Position numbers and translations under genes: made by a program
Source: Lama glama
Taxonomy: Eukaryota
Reading direction: 5' to 3'
Length of the DNA stretch: 64,000 nucleotides
Assembly: GCA_028534125.1 (NCBI GenBank)
Contig: CM052816.1
Span: 100,132,001 to 100,196,000, forward strand
Part shown: positions 49,468-62,768 of the stretch, piece after piece
Position numbering within the stretch: the stretch's first letter is position 1
Layout: every line of letters begins with the position of its first letter
Notes under the pieces: model-generated
Told to the model about the DNA's origin: nothing
Databases searched by the model: none
The model's input: only the letters and a program-made list of their open reading frames with translations

Positions 49468-49770
49468 CCGGCACACAAAGAGCCACGCCCCTCTCTGCCC
49501 TCCCGCCCCGAGTGCGCCGCAAGGCGACCGTGCCCCGTGCGCACACTGGCTGCGCTGGTCACGGGCAGAGGGCAGGGCGCGGGCTGCCCCAGGACCCCGT
49601 GCCGGGACAAAGGAGGGTGGGCGGCCACCCGTCTTCCGGGCGGGACGGCGCCCGGGAGCCAGAGTGCGGAGGCGGCGTTCGGGCGAGCGCATCTCTCCAC
49701 GCTGCGCTGGGCGGGAAGGTGGGCCCTCCTCTGCTCAGGACAGGGGTTCACAAATCCGCGCGGCCAGGGA
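49440..49770. promoter_or_regulatory. CpG-island-like segment
   Basis: Very GC- and CpG-rich, with GC boxes (cccgcccc, gggcggg). No gene is attached. Confidence 0.45.
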
Positions 49771-51269
49771 CACAGGTGTGGAAGCCCACGCAGGCTGGGT
49801 CCACCCTCTCCCTTCGTTTCAACCCCGTCTTTCCCTGTATCATCGCTTTAGAAAAGGAAATGCCAGGCTCTGCCAGGTAGACGCCGAATCTCCTCGACTC
49901 CTTCCTGCCCCTTGTCCTCGCCCTCCCAGGCGCGGCACCCCTCTTCCGGAGGGGCCTGTGTTTGCTTAAACAGATCAGCTTGTCACTGTCCTGCCTTTAC
50001 TTCTTAGGAATAAAATAACCAACAAAATTGACATCATCATTCCAATGCGCAGAAATGGAGATGCGCTTTCCTCACTAAGAGAAATGCTGAGAATTGGTTT
50101 TGCTGTTGAGCCCAACCCCTCCTCCTGTCGGACGCCCCGCTGCCCGCACACTGGCTGCCCCGCTTTTTCCTCTCTTGGTGGGGCACTGGCCAAGGCCACC
50201 GCTGAGCCCTGGCCTCTCCAAGACGCTGGCCGTCAGCGCCAGCCGGACAGGACTTCTGTCGTCTTCTGTTTGTGTCCTGAGAATCAGAAACGGAGTCATG
50301 AGGCGGGATCAGACATGTTGCTTTGGCTTTTGTTTGGTTTGATTTGGTTTTGAGAGTCCATGTATTACATCTAGTATGAAAGTCCATCGGATTTCTGATG
50401 ACGCGGGCTTTGTGTTGGTACCAATGAGAACGTCCCCCACTTGAAGCCCGCAGCTCAGCTGCAGACGCTGCTGGGAACCTGGTGCCCCGACGGGGACGCC
50501 CTGAGACCTGTCTTCGCAGCAGGAGCTTCCAGAATTTCAATTTCCCTTTAAAATTATTGAGCCGTTGTTATTCCCGCCTCTGTTTAATTTTCTCCTGGAA
50601 ATCCAGAGCTATCTTTTGTTAAAATACATCTCGCGGAAGGAAGCCTCAATCATGGAATGTCTGACTGTTAGTCCCGGAGCAAGCCGGAGTTTCTATCCAA
50701 CTATAAAAAATTATACATGCATCTGCACATGTACATATGTGTGTGTATGTACAGAGTGAACAAAATACTCACAGAAATCGCTTAAACTGGCTCGGTTTGT
50801 GCAACGTCTATGTGCTTAAGTGATAATTGTTTGTGTATATTTAAGGGAATAGTATGGAAACCTTTCTTCTAAATTAACCATTGTGAATCAGTGGGTTTAT
50901 TTTTAAAATAAAATTCTCAACTTTTGTTAGAAATCAGCAAGTGAGGACTTAACCCCTAAAATGCCAGCCACCCATACGCTATGTTTACCTGCGTGCTGAG
51001 GTAACGTGTGAGCAGGGCTTCGCTTATCAGCGATTTGTTTAGCCAAGTCAAACATCATAGCAGCTTTTGAAATAAACTTTCAAAAAATATATTCTAATTC
51101 CAGGCTTATTTCCCCAAAGTGGCCAGATGGCTTTGCTGTTACCGTGGCCATGACCACGAAGACCCACGTTCCGGGTGTTGTGGGCACCCGTGTCTCTGTG
51201 GTCACCACGCTGGGAGGAAGCCCACGTGTGTGGCCGTTGGGATAGCCTAACATCCCGGCCTGGGGAGGA

Positions 51270-51610
51270 ATCTCTGCTTGGGTTGCCTGCGCAGACGACC
51301 CCACCCTTTGCCCTGCCCCTGGCGACCTCTCAGGCCTCCGTGAAGCAGAGTCCGCTTCCCGCTCCTGGATTCTGGGTTCAGCGAGTGAGTTGCTTTGGCC
51401 GATGGGATGTCAACAGAGGTTTGAAAGGCGCGAGGTGTTTTGGCGTCCTCTCTGCTCCCTGCGTGAAGGAAGGGTGTGCTGGGGCTGGCCTGCTGGAGGG
51501 GGACTCAGGCAGCAGAGCTGCGTCACCCATGTCCCAGCCAGGCCATCCTAGACCAGCCAGCTGGTGGGCAGCCCAGCGCCAGACTGCGAAACCACACAAC
51601 CGCGTGTCCC
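51270..51610 (+). mobile_element. MaLR LTR (MLT1H/I-like)
   Basis: 'gtgagttgctttggccgatgggatgtcaacagaggtttgaaa' and 'aggccatcctagaccagccag' resemble MLT1H-group motifs. Confidence 0.6.
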
Positions 51611-52194
51611 TGACCACCGATGCCACGCCAGCCTGACTCAGGACGGAGTGGGTGTTTGCAGGTCTGCCCCGGAGTCTGGGGGTGTTGCTGCGGGGCCATC
51701 TTGTAGAGAAAACTGGGGCACCCTCCCCCCGGGCTGCATAGCCCTGGGAACACCGACCTCCCTACGCTCAGCCCTTGAGCGTCGGCACACAAAGCAAGCC
51801 CCGCGCGCTCCCTGCACAAGGACTTACATCCTGGGCGGGCCCCGCGAGGACAGTAAATGCAGCGGGGCTGCCTCCCCAGGGAGCAGCCCCAGGGATGTGC
51901 TTTGTCAGCACTGCTCCCTGAGAACCAGGCTCTGCTCCCCGTCCTGCCCTGTAAGCCTGGTCCTTCCACGGGACACCTGCGCCTTCTAACAGCGTCCCTG
52001 TAGGTTTCGTAGTCATGGTCTGCTCATTTTGCGAACCCCCAAGAAACCTGAGGGTGGCTTCTGGATCACGTGTGGTGCTGAGACCTGGGCACACGCTGAT
52101 GAGCGGTGTGAGGAAGCCCGGCCCCCTGCAGGAGAACGTCAGGAGCAGGCGGCATCCCACCGGCGCCTGGGCTGCCCCTGCTCCCACGGCGCTA

Positions 52195-52335
52195 GATAAC
52201 TGGGCAAAGTACCGCCTCTTTCTTACGCCAGTGTTCCCAGTAAAGTGGGGTTGATAGCAGTACCGATTTTAGAACATTGCCTGAAGATGCAGTGAGATAA
52301 TACATGCGAACTACTCAGCAGGATGCCTGGTTATA
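52195..52335 (+). mobile_element. MIR fragment
   Basis: 'gtaaagtggggttgatagcagtacc...tgaagatgcagtgagataatacatgcgaactactcagcaggatgcctgg'. Confidence 0.75.
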
Positions 52336-52779
52336 ACTCCTCCTTCTCCTGCAACTAAGGGAGAAGAAAGTGATTAAGCACATCGCCACAACGTTTTATC
52401 ATAAGGGCGAGAGTGGCGGGCTTATCCTGGGGACCAAGGAAACACGTGGCCTGTAATCCAGGAGGTGTGTAAGCCATGTTCTGCAGATCCATGAAGACTT
52501 CATGTAGGAAGCGGTACCCATCCCAGGGATCAGGGATGACGATGATGTGGCCATTAGAGTGGGGAGTGTAGGGAGGAGGAAAAGCTGTCTCTGCCAGGCA
52601 GATTCAAAGGTGCAGGAAACTGAACTCTTGAAGAATAGAATGAAATTCAGCTTCCTTAGCTGTGGGCTGGGGAGGTGCAAGGGCAGGGCAGAGGGGCGGG
52701 GCGTTAGGCGGTGGAGTTGGCCAGAGGAAGGGTCGTCAAGGGTGTCGGTGGCCTGTAAGGGTCAGGATTCTGCTCAGAG

Positions 52780-53290
52780 CAAAGGGAGACTCCGGGAGGG
52801 TGTAACAGGATCAGATGCGCTGCAGGAGGCAAAGGATCAGGGCCAGTCAAGTGGGTGATGGAGGGGTGATTAGGAGTCTGGTCCAGGGACCCAAGCAAAT
52901 GGGAATGGACACCCAAACTGTGGGGATGGAGAAAGATGAACAGCTTGGAGCCGCACTCACATGGGGTGGCCGTGATGATCTGAATGGGGTGCAGTGGGGT
53001 GGAGAGAGTTATGGCTGGAACAGCCAGTTTACTTGAAGGAAGAAACACAGCGCACTGTGGGCGGGTGTGGGACGGAGTGGGGCTTGGGAGTCGAGCTTTG
53101 GGCTCTGAATCTGCGATGCTGCTGTGAAACATCCAGAACAGGCGGCCGAGAGACTTATGTGTCTGTGAGTGTGTCAAGGAGAGGCAGTGCTGGAGTGGAG
53201 ACGCTGGGTCCGTGGGGTGTGGATGGGGTCAGGCTCCACGAAGCAGTGGGTGGGGAAGACCAGGGGGAGAGTCCAGGGGTGGAGGGGTGG
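52780..53290 (-). mobile_element. Decayed L2 fragment
   Basis: G-rich pattern typical of antisense L2 ('ggatcagatgcgc', 'gatgctgctgtgaaacatccag', 'ggagacgctgggtcc'). Confidence 0.45.
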
Positions 53291-54739
53291 GCTCACCCCC
53301 CGCACACACCAGATCCAGCACCCCCTGCAATGGGACCCCCGTCCTGTGCTGTGCCTTTCAACCTGCCGTGGGTTTGGGAAGTGGTCCCACGGGCTTGTGG
53401 AGCTTGCGCACGAGCGGGTGTCCCTCAGAGCAGCTGCTCCCCAGGTGACGAGCAGGAGGCTCACCTCTCAGGGCCGGGGCCTCTGAAAGTCTTGGCAGAA
53501 AACGACTCACATCTGCTTTCCGGTTCTAGGCTGCGTTCTCTGCAGGTGAGTTTGTCAGTGAGGTGGGTTTCCAGTGGGTGAAGCTTTGTTGTGGTATTTC
53601 TACAGCTTAGAGGAGAAGCGTAGGTAAAGGGCCGAGGGGCCACATCCTCGCGGGGCTCGTGTGGGTGATGGGAGACGACCACTCGCAGGAGGGCTCTCGC
53701 ATCCACGGCGATCCCAGGTCATTCTCTCTCTGGCTAATGGCAGTTGCTCAAACCAACGCCATAACTGTTTGTTGAACAGCATCTGGTTCCACCTCTGTGG
53801 CTGATGCTCAGGAGACTGGAGCCACACGTCCAATGATATTGATACAAGACAAGAAACCTCTCCATCATCACCTTGTCTGTAATCCTCAGTATATATTGAC
53901 TGAAGTAAGGTTGTGCACCGTAAGATAAATCTCCAAAGCAAAATATATATATATATATCTCATCAAAAGCTTAGCTTCTGCAAACCTCACTTTTGAAAAA
54001 GTAGTTTTATCAGCTCTGCCTTAATGTGATCACTCCACGTCTAGAGGGCGTGTGTGCACACACATACAATACCTAGCATCTTATTTATTCCAAAATGGGA
54101 GATACCATCTAATTTGTGTTTTTCTCATGCAATTTTCAAAGTGATCTATGTTTTACTACATCACACATGCACTGTGTGAGTTTACTGCGGACGTATTTAA
54201 TGTGTCCCACCTGCAGTGTGTGTTCTACAAGTTCGGGAAGGACTGCTTTGTTAAAATCTGGTATCTGGACCTTAATAGTTTAAAACATCACAGCAGAGGC
54301 GAGCCAGGGCCACAGGGAAGCAAACTGTGGGACGTTCACCTGATGGGGGTGTGCGGCTGCACCAGGGGCCGAGAGGAGCATCCGTCAAGGGGGGCAGATG
54401 GCGCCCAGCTAACGAGGACCTGCTCAGAGACGCCGAGATCAGGTGTCACCCTAGGACAAAGCCAACACTCTTCGTCTGGGGCTCTGATAAGGAAGGACAG
54501 TCGAGGAGAGAGAAACTCAGAGACTGTAAAGTGCAAGCACATCAAATAAGGTGCTTTCATAAGCTGTAGGGGAGCCTCTCGGGGGCAGCCGCCTTGTGGC
54601 TGCAAACTGTGGACGGCACTGCATTCCGAGCTGGACCAGCTCAGCCGTGAGGTGATGGGTGCCACTTACATTTGTTTACACACAGGAATAACGTAGTATA
54701 ATACTTTTAATAAGAAGGTTAATTTGTATACAGAATGCA

Positions 54740-55900
54740 AAACCCAGAAGGCTTTTCCGCGGAAACTGACAAGCTGACCCTGTAACACACAGAGAAAGGG
54801 GGAGAACGTCGAGCAGCCAAAGGCGGCTTGAGCTGCAGGGACGGAGGGGTGGGAGCGCCCCTCTTCTGCTTCAGAGCTGACGGTGAGTCTGCAGCAACCA
54901 GGAAGTGTGACCCAGAAGCGCCGGCGGTCTAACCGATGAATGGACTCCGAGAGGGCTGAAACAGCCCCACACATCTGCAGTGAAAACTGATTTTCCAAGA
55001 CGGTTTCAAGGGAATTCGATAGATGAAGAAAAAAAGTCTTTTCAACAAATAGTTTTGGAACAACTGCATATCCACATGGAAAAAAATAAATAAACCTCAG
55101 CCCTTACCTTCCACTATACTCCAGCCTTAATTTGAGATGGATTGTGAACACAGATGTGAAGGCTAAATCTGTAAAGCTTTTAGGAGACACAGAAGGAAAT
55201 CTTCACAACTGTGAAGATGTCACCCTAGGACAAAGCCTAGGTAAAGGCTGGTAAAGATTTCTTAGATAAGACACAGCAACGTATTAACCATAAAAGAAAG
55301 AAACTGACAAACTGCCTTTATCAAAATTTAAAATGGGTGATACTGAAATCACCATTAACAATATCAAAAGACAAGTTACAGAGCAGAGCAAACACCGCTG
55401 TCCGACTGATGACCTGCATCCAGAACCTACACACAAACTCCACAACTTAGTAACAAACAGACACGACCTCACGCAAGCAGGCAAACTATTTGAAGCTGCC
55501 CTTCAAAGAAGAAGATGTATGAACAACCGATAAGGAGGTGCAGCAGCGTTCAGCATCCCTGGTCAAGGGAAGATGCAAGTTACAGGCCTGATGAGAAAGC
55601 ACTTCAGACCCAGTGGAGCAGCCAGACTGAAGCCTTAGCAGCACCAACAACCTCACAGACGTGAGGGCACGGGGCGACTGAAATCACCAGTGCTTTAGAG
55701 AGCCTCATAAATTCCACTTTGGAAAAACATTTGGCGTTTTTAAAAACAGAGGCAAGCATATACTTCATGAGTGAGCAATTCCACCCTAGGTGGCGAAATG
55801 CTCCACTTGATGTGGGTGTGGGTCACCTGGGTGCACAGCTGTCGAAACTGACAGAACCGCACACTTACTATTGGTGCATTCACTGTTTACACCCAGAAAT
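54740..55900 (+). mobile_element. Ancient L1 ORF2 3' half and 3' end remnants
   Basis: 'gaaactgacaagctgaccct', 'agtcttttcaacaaatagttttggaacaactgcatatccacatgg', 'aaagatttcttagataagacac', 'ccactttggaaaaaca'. Confidence 0.8.
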
Positions 55901-56170
55901 CGTGGGCAGGACGGACGATGGGGAGAGGAAGGGAGGCAGAAACCCTGGTGGAGGGGCGGTGACCCAGGCTGCCTCACCGGGGCTCGGTGTTGCTGGCGGA
56001 GCAGAAAGGAAATCGTACATCCTTCTTGCCTTCCCGAGAGACTTCCTCATCCATCTTTTCACTGATGACAAGTCATTTGATCCCCTCCCCCCTAAAAAAA
56101 AGCAACTTTGGATGACATACACATTTCAGTGTATCTTTCATGTGCCCATTTTGAAAAGTATCTGTGCACA

Positions 56171-56274
56171 GGGGAGGGTGTAGCTCAGGGGTAGAGCGCA
56201 TGCTTAGCACTCACAGCGTCCTGGATCCAATCCCCAGGACCTCCAATAAATCGATAAAGAGCCAACATTTCAAA
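56171..56274 (+). mobile_element. tRNA-Ala-derived camelid SINE (short form)
   Basis: Head 'ggggagggtgtagctcaggggtagagcgcatgcttagca'. Degenerate TSD aaaagtatctgtgcaca (56154-56170) / aaaagcatttgtgtata (56275-56291), 13/17 identical. Confidence 0.92.
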
Positions 56275-58597
56275 AAAAGCATTTGTGTATAAGCATAGTT
56301 AGCTATATTTGTATTCACTCCAGCTAAACACACACATACACACACACACACACAATTTCTAAGTTGCACTGCCCTGTCTCTGCAGTCTTTTCTCCGAGCC
56401 AACCCAAACAGGGAGGCAACCTACTGAAAAGGAGTGGGCTAACTACTCTAAAAACAGTTCTGTTGCTAGCTCCCCCAAAACTCTTGTAAGCCAATTGTGA
56501 TCACTAAGCCACGTCTACATAGAAATTCTGGAATCTGCTCTTCCCTGAAGCCGCTCCGTCCCACACACATCCTGTGTGTGACCCCCATGTTGAAGCACTG
56601 TGACAACATCTACATCCCATCATGTGCCTGAAATGGCACAGGAAGAGATGAAGCGGAAACAGGAGGCCTGGCCCTGAGGACGGGAGCCCTGTGGACCCCC
56701 GGTGGCATCACTGTGAGCTTGTGGGGTGAGCTCGGGCTGCGGGTGCGAGGGAGCCCACCATGACTGACGTGCCGTGGTGCGCAGGGGCGCAGGGCACGCG
56801 GGCACAGCTCTGCTCATCTTGCTGTCACTGTCATGCTGTTACCACCCCAGGAAAATCAAGACGTGGGTACAGAGGGGGCAACAGGGACAGGGGCATTCTT
56901 ATCAGCGAGGTGACGTTTGGTCCTGAAGACCCAGGTGGAAAGGTAAAGGTGGTGGGGGAGGGTGCTGGGCAATGGCTGGTGTCCACTTTGGGCCAGTGAC
57001 ACTGTGACACTCTCCAGCCCTCCGAGCACCCGTGGGTCCCTCTGCCTGACATGCAGGCGGGTCCAAGACCCCGTGGGAGGCAGAATCGCACCTGGCTGCC
57101 AACGGCCACCCCAGGGTCTGCAGGACATCTGGGCTGGCTTCGGCCCCACCCTGCTCCTCTGGGGGCACACCTGCTGGACCACGAGAGGACGCAGAGGGGC
57201 GCCCCATGCAGCTCCAGGAAGCATCTTCACCCAGTGCCCCAAGGACACACAGGGACCGCAGTGCCACCCCAGTCCTGAGGGTTTGTGGTGGCATAGTCCA
57301 ATTCTGAGAAGAAAATAAGTGAACTGATGAAATTATTACTTAAGTGTGCTCACAAACAGGACAGTGCAGGCAAGGATAGACAACGATAAAGACATTTATC
57401 AGCGACAGAGAAGGCTGCCTGTGGCCATGCTGACTCGTGTCCTCTGGCTACTTAAGCCAAAGCACATGTAGTTTTGCCAAACTGGGTTTCCTTGGAGAAA
57501 GTATTAAGACAGCAGCTCACAGGCTGGGGCTCAAGACGATGTGCTTCGGTGTTTGAAGCGGCCTGTGGCTGCACAGGGCGGGGGCAGGAGCCTGGGTGCT
57601 CGGGGTGGACACCTCCCACCAGCAGCTCCTTCCTGGCCAGGAGCTCGCTGTCCCTTTCAGAATTTCAGATTCCTGAATGGATGTGGGGCCTGGGAACACC
57701 GGCGGCAAACAGGAGGGGATTTGAATAACTGGACAACAGACAAAAGCAGTCAGTAAATATTAACAGGAACCTCAAAGAAGAAAGTGCACAGATTTGCTCC
57801 AGTGAAAGGACACAAGCTGACATTCTAACCAAACCAACGAGAATTCCAAAGTTTAATTCCAGAATTATGGAAGAAAAAACCAAAGATAATTTAGTATGTC
57901 ATGAAATATAAGAAAAGGAAAAAAATTAAATTAACTCTGAAACTTTACTTGAATGTCACCGCATCTAAATGAAGGAACGTTGGTTAATAAAAGAAAAAAA
58001 TACTTGTATATGAAAGAAGACAAGATATGAAAATAACTCAGCACAACAATACTGGTGACATTATTTAATAGGGCAAGAAACTATTTAATTTAAAAATTCA
58101 TGCACCATGTAATCCCACATAATCAGACCGATTTGTTCTGCTGGCAAGCTCAAGACCTGATCTATATTCAATTTCAGTCCAACTTGCCGTAGACACTAAA
58201 TTGAAGCTGCACCACATTGTCGAACGAATATAAATACCACTAACGAAAATTATGTAAGCTTCTGAAGCTCAGTTTTTTAAAAAAAAAATTAGATGGTTAC
58301 TTTCTCCCATTTTATATCATAGTTAGATTTCCTAAGCGTGCCACCATTGTCATGCAGAGAAATCACAGACAGAGCTGATGCTTAAGGATTAAGTTATTTT
58401 ATTTCAAAGAGATCAAAGTAATTTCTGAGCTACCAACTGAAATAAAGGCATCGTGGTAAGTCAGCAAGGGATGGCGGGTGACGACCAGGAAAGATGAAGA
58501 ACGCTGGTGAATGGGCGCATGTGTGGTTTGGACATATTTAATATAGAAGCACATGAAATCTCCATCTTGTGTGATGCTCTACAATTGAAAAATAATC

Positions 58598-58798
58598 ATT
58601 TTTATTGAAGTACAGTCAGTTTATAATGTGTCAGTTTCTGGTGTGCAGCATAATGCTTCAATCATACACATACATACATATACCATTTTTTCATGTTCTT
58701 TTTCATTCTAGGCTATTACGAGATATTGAATACAGTTCCCTGTGCTTTACAGCAGGACCTTGTTGTTTTTCTATTTTATGTATAGTGGTATGTGTCTT
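58598..58798 (-). mobile_element. L1 3'-UTR fragment
   Basis: 'tttattgaagtacagtcagtttataatgtgtcagtttctggtgtgcagc...gatattgaatacagttccctgtgct...ggaccttgttg'. Confidence 0.9.
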
Positions 58799-59383
58799 TC
58801 CAAGCGCCGGTTGTCCATTCATACGTCTTCACTGGGAAGACGTCTGTCTGAGTCTCCTGCCCACGTTCCCACTGGGTCGTCCACACCTGATGGAGCAACC
58901 ACTCCTGAGAGGCAGCACCGCCTGAGCAGCTGCGGGACCTCGGCCGGGGAGGGGGCCTGCAGCCCCGCCCCTGCCCCGCTGTGGTCTCCTGCTGACAGTC
59001 CACAGGGTGAGGACCTCCTGGAGGCAGTTTCGAGGAGCCCTGGCATATGACCCGGGGGGCTCTCTGTTCAAAGATGCAGCACCTTCTCCTGTGGCTCCGT
59101 GTTCTGTCTGTCCCCCTGCTGGGGGCTTGGCAGCTGGCAACGTGCACTAACAATCAGGAGAGATTCTTCTGGTCAGTGGTTCCTCTTCCAGCTGAAATCA
59201 GTGGGCTTGACTGGTCCATGATTATAATCTTCTGGAGTAAACTCGCATTTTGGCCCCATTTTATGCAGATACAGTCACACAAAGTGGGAAAGACACATGA
59301 CATCAAACTTGGAAATAAGATGCATTATAATTGTTAATCTAAGATTTTTGAATTAGATTAGGATATCAAGAATTGTTTTTCAA

Positions 59384-60073
59384 TTATAAAAGTCCACAAA
59401 CAGTAAGTGCTAGAGAGGGTGTAGAGAAAAGGGAGCCCTCCTACACTGCTGGAGGGAATGAAGTTTGGTGCAGCCACTGTGGAAAACAGTATGGCAAGTC
59501 CTCAAAAAACAAAAAGTAGACTTACCCTGTGATCCAGCAGTCCCACTCTTGGGCATATATCTGGAGGGAACTATTTGAAAAGATACATGCACCCCAATAT
59601 CCACAGCACTATTTGCAACAGCCAGGACATGGAAGCAACCTAAATGTCTATCGACAGATGATTGGATAAAGATGTGGTATATTTATACAATGGAATACTA
59701 CTCAGCCATAAAGAAGAATAAAACAATGCCATTTGCTGCAACATGGATGGACCTGGAGATGGTTATTCCAAGTGAAGTAAGGAGAAAGAGAAATAAAAAT
59801 ACCATATGAGATCACTCCTATGTGGAGTCTAAAAAAAAGAGACAAATTAACTTATTTACAAAACAGAAACAGACTCAGACACAGAAAACAAACTTATGGT
59901 TACCAGCGGGGGAAGGAGGTAGGAAGGGATAAGTTGGGGGTTTGAGATTTGCAGATATTAACTGCTATATATAAAAAAGGCAAACAATAAGTTTATACTG
60001 TAGAGCACAGGGAACTATATTCAGCATCAGGTAATAACCTATAATGAAAAAGAACATGAAAATATGAAAAGGA

Positions 60074-60109
<36 letters not shown>

Positions 60110-60170
60110 ATAACTGAACACTATGCTGTACTCCAGAAACTAACACAGCTTCAACTATACTTCTGTTATA
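59384..60170 (+). mobile_element. 5'-truncated L1: ORF2 C-terminus and 3' UTR
   Basis: 'agagggtgtagagaaaagggagccctcctacactgctgg...tacaatggaatactactcagccataaa...tcaactatacttc'. Homologous to 6700-7284, with an internal (TA)n(TG)n. Confidence 0.93.
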
Positions 60171-60659
60171 ATACAGCTGCTACTACTGCTACTGCTAATA
60201 ATAATAATAATGATGGATTTCGATTTAAAAAAGAAAACCCCGCCCCGGCTCGTGTATAATCTCTGGGCTGAACACACACACCGAGCTCTGTCAGAGAAGC
60301 TCGACTTCTGTAAACAACCAGAGGCCATCACGTAAATGTCATTTTCTTGACATAAATAACAGAAACATCTGGCCCGAGACAGGAAGAGGGGGCCACCTGG
60401 ATGGATTGATCCCCTGCTGGACGAGTGACAATATTTATGACATGATTCCAGCGACAGAGACAGAAGAGGGGCGGCCGGCTAATGACTTTTTCATGAACTT
60501 GAGACGGCACACGTGCCCGCCGGCCGCCTCCGCTCGCCCGGGTCCTGCGGCTCTGTTTCCAAGCATGCTCACTGACGAGGAAGCCAGAGTGAATGCCAGG
60601 CCTCAGGGTGGCCCGCCAGCCCCACCTCCTCCCTCCCCTCCTCACCCTGTTCCCTTCCC

Positions 60660-61085
60660 GCTCCCCTCCACGCCAGCCCCTTTGGCTCCATAGTTTCCCG
60701 AAAATGCCAGGCACATACCCACCTCAGGGTCTCTGCACCGGCTGTTCCCTCAGCCGGGCACGCGGCTTATTTCTCTCCTGCTTCATCCTTGCTCTCACAT
60801 GCCATCCTGTCTGGAAGCTCTGCCCTGCCTGGTCTGGTTAAAACTGCAGTCAGGCGCCCCCACCCTCCTCACCCACCTCAGTACAGCTTTGTTTTTCTCC
60901 AGAGCATTTGCTCTGTTCTTACTTTTACATAGTTTCCTGGTTTGTGTCTTGTTTGTGGCCTGTCTCCTCTTCCTGAGCACTAACTTGGGAGGGCAGGGGC
61001 TTCGCTCAGCTCTGCTGGCTGGTGCGCCCCCGGTGCCGGACACAGACCAGGCACTCAGTGATCATTCACTGCAAAAGTAAATGAT
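60660..61085 (+). mobile_element. L2 3' fragment
   Basis: 'ccaggcacatacccacctcagggtctctgcaccggctgttccctc' and 'gagggcaggggcttcgctc...gtgccggacacagaccaggcactcagtga'. Confidence 0.7.
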
Positions 61086-61520
61086 GTGTCAAAAGAAAAG
61101 TAAAAATAGTGGGAGAAGAGTTTTTAGAACCTAAGACAAATTCAGTTTGATAGCTGGATCTGTGATTTGGCAAGATCAATTGATTAGTGGAAACTCAAAA
61201 ATACATAATAGTTTCAGAAAGAAGAGATGGAGTTCTGATACCAGTCAGACACTGACAAGCAGGCATGGTAGGGAAGCCTCCCACCTTCTGGACAGGTCTT
61301 CTCTGCCTCCTCCCACCTCCTCACTTGCTCCCTCTCTCCACTGATCGCCTCTCTTCTGTGTCTCTAAGAAAATCTGAGCAGGCAGAAGAGAGAGACCATG
61401 CCCTCCCACCACCAAACCCTCCAGCCTCTAAGCATCTGTGTCTCATTCTCCACCCTTCCTCCTGGTCCTGTGATGGGCCCTCTCCTCCCAGCTAAGGCCA
61501 GCTCCCTCCTGGGACTGAAT

Positions 61521-61610
61521 CAGGGTGACACTACATGATGAGTTTGCCCTGATGGTTCTTGCTGATGCCTGTTGTCACTGGTGCACCCTTTCACTCTCAA
61601 GAATATTCTG
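61521..61610. mobile_element. MER94-like hAT-Blackjack fragment
   Basis: 'cagggtgac...gtttgccc...gcctgttgtc...ccctttcactctcaa' matches recalled MER94. Confidence 0.6.
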
Positions 61611-61639
61611 TTCTTTAAAAAAAATAATAAAATAAAAAT

Positions 61640-61935
61640 TTAGAAGCTACAAAGGACATAATTGAGACAATTAGTGAAATTTTAACATGGATTGTAACAT
61701 CAGTTCTAGCATGGCAACAATGTTAAATTTCCTGCTGTTGAAAGTGATCCTGTGGTTGCAGAAGAAAGTAGGAAATAGACACTGAGGTATTTGTGAGCAG
61801 ACGGCCACAGTGTCTCGAACTTACTCTCAAACAGTTCAGGAAGGGAAACGCGTGTACGCGTACGGCGAGACAGCAAAGCAAACCAGGCAAACGTAGACAG
61901 CTGGTGAACCTGCAGACAGGGTGTGAAAGTCTAAG
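61640..61935 (+). mobile_element. Ancient L1 (L1MC4/5-like) 3'-end fragment
   Basis: 'aatgttaaatttcctg', 'taggaaatagacactgaggtattt', 'aacttactctcaaacagttcag'. Confidence 0.75.
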
Positions 61936-61974
61936 GAAAAAGGACGTCATGAAGTTTAAAAAGCAAAATGTCCT

Positions 61975-62650
61975 TTCTGCTTCCAGAAACATAAAGCCGA
62001 TACACTTATTCCTACCCCTCCCACTAAATGCAACTGAAAACCCTGGGCATCACATTCAACACCAGCAAGAAGGCTCTGGGGGACGAGAGAGAAGACTGTG
62101 ACCCAGCTTGAGCCCTGGGGCCCCCGGACAGACACGGAAGAGGCTCCCCGGGTTTCTTCCTTTCTCTTACGTCCCAGACTTAGGGGTAGAGGAGCAGGTG
62201 GTGGAGATGCCAGTGGTGCAGACAGTAAAGTCCCCAGCAGAAGCCTGCTCTCTCTGGCCAAAGAGCCAGGGAAGGAACATCCTGGCAAGAGAGAAAATAT
62301 TTAGACAATAATTGCTGAATCCAGACAATCACAACAGGGAGAAATCTGTGGCCCTGTCCCCACCTGTGCCAGCAAAGTTCAGAGCCTCAGAGAATGACCC
62401 GACAAAGATTTTAGAGCAATCTTTATAGCACTGCTTCAACAATTAAGAACATTTTTGAAACAAGTGGGAAAAAAATAGACAATCTCAACAATGGGGAGAG
62501 AGCTTCAGCTGTGCAAGGGACGGTGAGCTCTGGAGACGGAGAGGGCGGTGACCCCCCACCCGTGTGAAGGGACTGGATACCACTGATCTGTACACGGGAA
62601 CGCAGGCAAAACGGTAAATTTGTTATGTGCATTTCACCACAATTAAAAAT
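61975..62650 (+). mobile_element. Ancient L1 fragments (5' UTR/ORF1-like piece followed by an L1MB-like 3' end)
   Basis: 'aatgcaactgaaaaccctgg', 'acaaagattttagagc', terminal 'aaaacggtaaatttgttatgtgcatttcaccacaattaaaaat'. Confidence 0.6.
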
Positions 62651-62768
62651 AATGCTGATAATTCTAACGTCAAGGTCATTTTTAAAACGTCATGAGAGGA
62701 GGAAAAGATGTTGAAAGTGGTGGGGAATCGACCCCTGGTACATTCACATAATCCAATCACCACCCGGA

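Noticed and set aside
49247..49969. Cluster of overlapping 100-227 aa ORFs
   Set aside because: They arise from (TG)n/(CG)n and stop-poor CpG-rich sequence, with no splice or domain support.
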